A stretch of 64,000 nucleotides of DNA. It comes from the human T2T-CHM13v2.0 reference genome, Homo sapiens. The stretch lies in the NCBI RefSeq assembly GCF_009914755.1, contig NC_060931.1; one strand, 5' to 3'. This document shows positions 50,119 through 64,000 of this stretch, in pieces. The notes under the pieces were generated by a model, which did not search any database, was not told where the DNA came from, and worked only from the letters and a program-made list of their open reading frames with translations. Made by a program: the position numbers and the translations under genes. Numbering within the stretch: position 1 is the stretch's first letter; every line of letters starts with the position of its first letter.

Positions 50119-50764
50119 GGACTACAGAAGCAGAATTTTAAAGTGCTTCTACTATGAAGAGAATAAAGAAGAATGATGGTGACTGAGCAGTTTTACATAC
50201 CCTGCCACCACTGTGTCCCAGTGTGTGCGGGCGTGTGTATACACATTGTGCGATCCCTCACTGCTGGGCACTCAGCCCTGGGCTGGTGTATCTGAATTAA
50301 CTGTCTGTGGTTTCACAAATACCACTTACTTCTTTGTTATCCCAGACCACAGTCCTTTGAAAAGCTGACATGGCTTTTTGCTAAGGGTGATGATGGGGCT
50401 GGGATTAGAAGTATAGTGCTGGAGACACAAGAGAGGCTGACCATGAGCACCTATAATGGGTGCCCTGGACACATTATTCCTAATTTCCCTCCTGGAGAGG
50501 GATGACCCTTCCTCTATTGTTGCTGTTCCTTTCACAACTCAGTGTGGGGCAAAGGGAGATGGGAATGGAGGATGGCTATGTCAGGAGAACAAGCAGGAGC
50601 CTGTTGCCTCCAGGCACAAGGATGATTAGCTGCTAGGGACAGAGCAGGAGGGTCCTGGAAAAGAAATGATTAGGCCATTCAAATATAGGCCTAATTTACC
50701 ATACATTCTTAAAAACACACCAGGATGCAAACACTTCAGACTGTGAGCCTCAAAAAGCAAAGAT

Positions 50765-51475
50765 AAGGCAATTCAACAACAACAAAAACCTAATTCGAAA
50801 ATGGACAAATAAACTGAAAAGACATTTCTCCAAAGAAGGTATATAAACATCCAATAAATAGGTGTATAAAAACGTGCTCAGTATCATTAGTCATTAGGGA
50901 AAGGCAAATCAAAACTACAATGTGAAGCCACTTCACACCCATTAGAAGGGAATGTAAAATGGTGAAAGCTATTGTGAAAACCAGTATGGCAGTTCCTCAT
51001 AAAACTAAACATAAGAATTGTCTAGCAATTCCATTTTTAGGTGTATGCCCAAAGTATCTGAAAATAGAAACTAGAACAGATATTTGTATACCATATTGAT
51101 AGCAGCATTATTCACAACGGCCAAAAGGTAGAAAAAACTCAAATGTCCATTGGTAGATGAATAAATAAACAAACTGTGTCAAATTTTGGACTAAGATTGC
51201 AGAATCCCACTTACATAAGATACCTAGAATAGTTAAATTCATAGACAGAAAGCAGAATATTGGTTATCAGGGACCAGGGCAGAGAGATAGCTGGAGAGTT
51301 ATTGTTCAATGGGGATTAGAGTTTCAGTTCGGAATGATGAAAAAGTTCCATAAATGAATAATGGTGATGGTTACACAACAATGTGAATGTACTTAATGCC
51401 ACTGAATGGCACATCTGAAAATGGATAATATGGTAAATTTTATGTGACATGTATTGTGCCACAGTAAAAAATTAA
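50765..51475 (+). mobile_element. Old L1 (L1MB-like) 3' fragment
   Basis: aaagacatttctccaaagaag, cattagtcattagggaaa, gcagcattattcaca, and a 3' UTR ending ggtaaattttatgtg...gccacagtaaaaa. Confidence 0.85.
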
Positions 51476-51499
51476 AGAAGGCAAGAATAAGGAGACTTT

Positions 51500-51505
51500 T
51501 TTATT
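51500..51505 (-). terminator. TRPV5 polyadenylation signal (AATAAA on -)
   Basis: tttatt on + about 465 nt beyond the TRPV5 stop codon, with U-rich sequence downstream on -. Confidence 0.75.
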
Positions 51506-51968
51506 GCAGTTGGTGTTTGCTTGCTAAGTGGAGAGAGAGACCTACAGGAGGCTGGGAAAAAAAGAAGGGCCACAACCTCTATGCCATGCCTGGCTCTTCC
51601 CACGTAAGCCCTGGGGAGCCAGAATAGCCTCACAGCTTACTACTTTCTAGGGGCTGCGTGGGGCAGAAGAGAAATGGTCCTGACATTAATCTAGCATCCC
51701 TGCCTCATGTCTTTAGTTGCCAACCTCCTTTTTCCTGAGATGGGTGACTTGCAAGAGCCCAGAAAATACGTGAGACAATCGATGACCATTGCCCATTGCC
51801 AGAAATTCTGATGTGAAGTGTGAGGCATGACCCTTTAGGGATTGTTCTGTCTCACCCTCCCATGATTAACAGGCACAGAAGTTAGACACTTGCATAGGCA
51901 GAGGTCTCCGTCTCTGTCCCCGCCCCCAGGCCAACCGGGAGTAAGGTCAAGAGTGATAGCGATGTTAA

Positions 51969-59027
<7,059 letters not shown>

Positions 59028-59459
59028 CTATGTGGGGAAATTCAGAAGAAGTGCTTTCTGATGGGCAGAGTCAAATCCTTTTGTGCAAATGATCGAAAGC
59101 TGCTAAAGCCCATCCAAAATAAAGGAAACTCCCCTTCCCACCAGCATCACCCCACCCCCATTGTACTTGCCATTGTGGGTAACTCTGTGACCAGGACAGG
59201 AGTCTATGTATCCAAGGTTTAATAGACGTCACATATGCTAATGTCTTGAGCTACCATCTAGCAAAATCGCCTTTTCTATAGATGCTGTAAGCAGAAATTT
59301 ATGATGTATATACTGAGCAGCTGAGAACACATTTCAGCGCATCAAGTGAGCTAACAGGAAGAGGTATTAGTGGCTTGGGATGGTTTCAGCTATGTGGAAA
59401 GTCCACCTTTTCCAACCTCATCATGGCTTCTAGTGGGAAGAATACACTGTAAACATATC

Positions 59460-59645
59460 ACAGAATTCAGGTTCCCTCACGGATCCGGAATCTACTACCT
59501 CTAGTGAGACCTTGAACCATTCATGGAAAATCTCTGAACTTGAGGTTTCTCATCTGTAAAATGGAGGCTACAGTGCTTACCTCCCAGAGTCATTGTGAAG
59601 CTTACATTAATGATATATTTACATGAACTTTATAAATCATAAATC
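59460..59645 (+). mobile_element. MIR SINE
   Basis: gagaccttgaacc...tctctgaacttgaggtttctcatctgtaaaatggag...acctcccagagtcattgtgaag. Confidence 0.75.
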
Positions 59646-60542
59646 ACTATAGATATATTCACTGTGGTTTTATGATGATTTGACATTACAGAAAAGAGCA
59701 GAGAAGGGGCTAGAGACACTATGAGGAAGGGTCCCTGCCTATCCTGAGCAGTAGTTGTAGAAGGTATAGTCCAAGGGTCAAGGTGGAATGAAGACCACCC
59801 TACTTCAATGCATGTTACTTCACGGTGAAACTTATGCAATATCACAGATGTAGTGCTAGAATCCTACATTAATTATCCTTATGTTTTTGAAGTTATGAGC
59901 TCACTTGAAAACATAATAAAAACTGTATATCTTCTTTCTACAAAACTGTGTTCCCATGTAGACAATTCCCACATGATATTGCACAAATAATTTCAACACA
60001 TGCAAGCAGCCTTTTGACTTTTGGGAGCTCTGTTGTCCAAGGTCACATCTCCAAATAGTGCACCCAAGAAAGGAGTTGAGAGTCCCCTGGGGCCAGCAGG
60101 AAAGCTGATGATTTGAGCCAGGGAGAATGTGGTCCCTAGTTAGCATAAGGAACGGCAATTATCCCTGCTCTGCTAATCAGCTGGAACCTGTAAGCATCTC
60201 TCCAGACTCTACTGCAGCAGCACACTCACCTGCCCGGTGAGAGGCAGTGCTTTTAACACAGGGAACCAAGAGAGACTAGGAGAGAAGCTTCTGTCTGTGT
60301 GTCTGGAGAACTCTGTGGTCTAACAACCTGTGACCAGACATCAGTCAACACTTTTTTTTTTTTTTTTTTGGCTTAAAAAATGGTATGCTCTGTAAACTTT
60401 TCTGACATTTATCTCTTGAGAAACTGGTAAATTTTATTTTATCATATAATAGCAAATTTCTTTTTTTACTTGCTTCCAAAGAATTTCAGAGTTTTTGTTT
60501 TGTTTTGTTCTATTTTTTTGTGTGTCTGGTTTTTTTTTGTGC

Positions 60543-60574
<32 letters not shown>

Positions 60575-61899
60575 GTCCTCAGCTCTAGCAGCTATCTTTG
60601 AATTCCTTCTCTTCTCTCCTGAAATTCAGTTCACGGACTGTGTTCTTTTTCTTTATCTTAATGTTTCTATAGCATCTGTCTTTTATTGTAAAACATGCCA
60701 ACTCCTTCACAGAGTCAGGTAGTGAGTAGGAGGATAAATAACAAATACATTACTTCAGAAACAAAATAACATTAAATATAGAAATAACTGCATCTATGCC
60801 ATATATGTGTCTATAAAAATATTTTTATTTTAAAAATGTCGTGTCTTGATTTAATATGTCTGAAAAGATGCTACCAATCTTTTCTTGGCTCAAGAAGAAA
60901 AGGACTACACATAAGTTGGCGAGGATGGCTGTGAAGATCAGGGTGCCCCTAGAATCCAGCCAGGGAGTCACAGCAGCCATTCCTTCAGGAGATGAAAATG
61001 TGAAACCCCTCTAATGCTGGGGACAGTTTTGGTCACCAAATTCTCCTGCTGGGGCTTCCTCTCACCAGTTCAACAGATTTCTTTACAAGTACGCATTACT
61101 CTGCACAAATTCACTAATGAGTAATGGAGGTGTTCAGAAACCCCAATTTTTTGCCTCTGCACTGCCTGGGATCTGACTGACCTAGAGTAGCTGCCTCCAG
61201 CACTCTGTCCCCGGGGTCCTTACCCTTAAACCAGGCTGCAAAGTGCCACAGACTCCTGAGAGCCCCCTTCCTTGCTGCTCTACAAGACCAGAATACAAAC
61301 CCTTCTGTAGGGTTTTGTTTGCTTTGTTTTATAAACTAATCTCTCTGGAAAACAAAAACAATATATGTATGTAAAAGTTGCAATAGAAGTAATGATAATA
61401 TTGGGCTTTTAAAGCACTTTGATTTTCTTTAGACTTTCTGGGGAACTCCAGTGTTTCACACTGATATAAAATGTTAGCTCTTGCTTTAGAATAGATACTC
61501 TTTGCAAAGGTAAGGAAGATTTCAGTATTTCAGAAATGGAAAGGGGCATTAAATTGAAGTGCTAATAGGCTTCCCTTTTAATTAACCACCCTTGCACCCC
61601 TAGAATTAAACCCTAAGCCCAAACTGTAATGGATGTTTCTTTTAATTTTAAAAATTTTATTCTTTGGGAATTGCATTCAAGATTTTTTTTTCTAGATTGA
61701 GATGCTGATTCACAACTCTCTAGATTTAGGGTCCTTATGAAAATATTGTTGCCTGGTTATGTTTGGCAAAGTAAATTATCAGGGCACCCATTCTCCAGCC
61801 TTACTCATTCAGTTCCCAATTCTCTCTGACATGTTTTCCTTTCCCTTGGTTAACAGAACTTATGCCTTAGGGCAAACCCATGCCATCTACCATCTAGTT

Positions 61900-62800
61900 T
61901 ACCCTACATCTATTTCCGCTCATTCAACCCACCCCGCACAATGCTTCTGAATTGACCTTTCTAAAACACAGATATCATCCTGAGACTTATCTGTTTAACA
62001 TCATTCCTAGCTCCCCAATGCCTTCAGAATAGAAATGCAGGAGAGGTGGCAGTGGAGAGTGTTCTTTAATCTTTATCGTCACAGAAATTCACTAGATAAT
62101 GTCTAAATTTGATTAGCAAGTAGAGATAGAAGGATTTGATTCCAGGGATGTGGAGGTGATGACAGGAAGGAAGAGCTAAAAGAAAGAAAAACTGGTTGTC
62201 CCCTGTGAGTAAGACATGGGTGAGAAAGAGGGGCTGTCCAGGACGCAGTTGCTCTCTATCAGATCTGCCACTTGATTTGTAAGTCATGAGCACGATGTAC
62301 GTCATTTTCTTTTAATTAGGAAAGCTCACTGTGAGATAAGAATTTAAAAAATAAAACCAGAGTACCAAACGGGATGTACAAAACCCTCCCTGCTATGGCC
62401 CCTGCCTTGTGTCCTCATACCCTGTGTGAGCTCTGGCCACATTGAGCTATTGGGGTTCTGGGTTGCTAAGTTGGGTCTCTGCACAGGCTATGCCACTTTG
62501 TCAGAATGCCTTCCTCCACCATGTTGACCTGGCTCACCCTCACCGATGCCTCAAGACTCAGGTCAGGCCAACACTCCTCCTGGGCCTCCTTTCCTGCCCC
62601 TCCATGCCCAGGTCATGTGTCTCTCCTGGGACATGTGGGGCTGCTGTGTATTGACAGCCCTCTCCCAGCACACTGAAAGTGTCTGGGTACCCCATGTCTC
62701 ACCAGTAGTCTTAGAGCTTCCTGAGGGCAGGGATGCCTCCCTCCTACTTTTTATCCACAAATGCACACAATGTGGTAGGCACTCAGTTGGTAAGAAAGGA
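61900..62800 (+). mobile_element. L2 fragments
   Basis: tgacctttctaaaacacagatatc, ctccccaatgccttcagaata, gagcttcctgagggcaggga...tggtaggcactcagt. Confidence 0.55.
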
Positions 62801-63479
62801 AAGAAGGAAGGAGAAAAAGGAGAGAGGAGACAGCAGGTGCAAGTTAAGCATTGCCTAAGAGACGCAGAAGGGTGGTAAGGAGGACAGGAAGCGGGGATGG
62901 AGAGACCTATCTGGAGGCCTAAGAGGAAAAGAATGACAACTAATCGTGCTTTTCTGAAATTTTCAGATTCCTAGATCAAGGTCACCTAAGCAGGCCTGGC
63001 TAACAACGCACAGAGAAGGTACTCCAATACATCCCTTTAAAAATAAATATCATCTAACAATGACTGGAATTTTTTACTCCACAACATGGCTTGCAATTTA
63101 ATGAGCTTTCAACAACCAAATCCCCTATGCAGGCTGGCATTTATACGTCACTGAGAATTGGCCTAATGAGATTTGCTCTCACTTCCCAGCCAGCTGAGTT
63201 CATTGCCTGGAAGGAAATGCCCAGAAGGAGTGGGCAAAGCAGTGCCTGGGGCACTACTGGGTCGTAAGGGCCAGGGATGTACTATGTGGAAAGGATGGGG
63301 AACATAGGCCACCACAGTGGGAAGTGGGTAGGCCCCAGAACCAGTTGTCCAGCCCAGCTCTAGACCTTTTTCCCCCCCATGATCCCAGACTTGCAAAGGA
63401 ATGAAGTTTTCAGAGAAAGCTCTGCTAGCTCTTACAAAGAGCTTCTCCGATTCCCTAACTGGGCATGAGTTCCTAACCA

Positions 63480-63626
63480 GGACTGCCCATCAGAATCAAG
63501 TGGTAAGTCTTTGTCACAACACACATGTCCAGGCCAACCCTGGGTTAATTTGGATCAAGAACCTGGCATTTACTTGAAAAGTTCTGTAGACGTTTTGGAC
63601 GTGTATCCCAAGTTGAGAACCGCTGG
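63480..63626. mobile_element. MER5A-like MITE
   Basis: catcagaatca...caagttgagaaccgctg terminal motif. Confidence 0.55.
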
Positions 63627-63849
63627 GCCATAAAGAGAGAGAGAGAGATCTGGTTCCCATGTAAGTCAAGCTGCCTTCCAAAGGTTAATTTCATGTCCCA
63701 GTCTCTGCATTTTCTCAGGGGTATTGGCTTGGGAGATTACCCCTTTCTTCTGAAGAGTCTCCACCCATTCCCACAGAATTATGACTTGCCCTATATGCCA
63801 GTAGGTTAACCCCATCAAAAAACAGTGCCAATTATCAAAACTGGAGAGG

Positions 63850-63889
63850 AGTATCTGGGGGTATGAATCAGTATCTGGGGGTATGAATC
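63850..63889 (+). repeat. Perfect 20-bp tandem duplication
   Basis: agtatctgggggtatgaatc x2. Confidence 0.9.
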
Positions 63890-64000
63890 TTTCTATATCT
63901 GATCCTCTCCCACAGCACTTCTCAAGTGCCTCTCCTCTTGACAGGGAAAGATGAGATGTGTAGATACACGTGAGTGTGGCAAGCCCTGGCTAGCCAATAG

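Overview
This is mammalian, human-like genomic DNA (AluY/S/J, THE1, MER4) matching the EPHB6-TRPV6-TRPV5 locus (human 7q34, recognised from the translated exons). It holds the complete EPHB6 CDS on + (16 coding exons, 1021 aa, a pseudokinase Eph receptor; the window starts inside the gene) and the complete TRPV6 gene on - (15 exons, 765 aa from a non-AUG ACG start), arranged tail-to-tail with EPHB6. Upstream of TRPV6 lies a ~6 kb region with seven DR3 vitamin D response element-type motifs interleaved with TG/CA arrays. A repeat-rich intergenic zone (Alu, L2, MER4-group ERV with nested THE1, L1) follows, then the last seven exons of TRPV5 on -. Exon boundaries were read by hand from GT/AG signals, and summed lengths give exact reading frames. 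This is a well-studied locus and I cannot support a wholly new gene system. The best under-explored candidates are: (i) a layered uORF arrangement in the EPHB6 5' UTR, including an LTR-derived exon and an A13 tract that sets the frame of a start-overlapping uORF; (ii) intron features that could yield soluble EPHB6 ectodomains; (iii) a minisatellite of composite E-box/SMAD motifs inside the TRPV6 VDRE cluster; (iv) synonymous-site identity between TRPV5 and TRPV6 suggestive of gene conversion. Repeat family names come from recalled consensus sequences and their boundaries are approximate.
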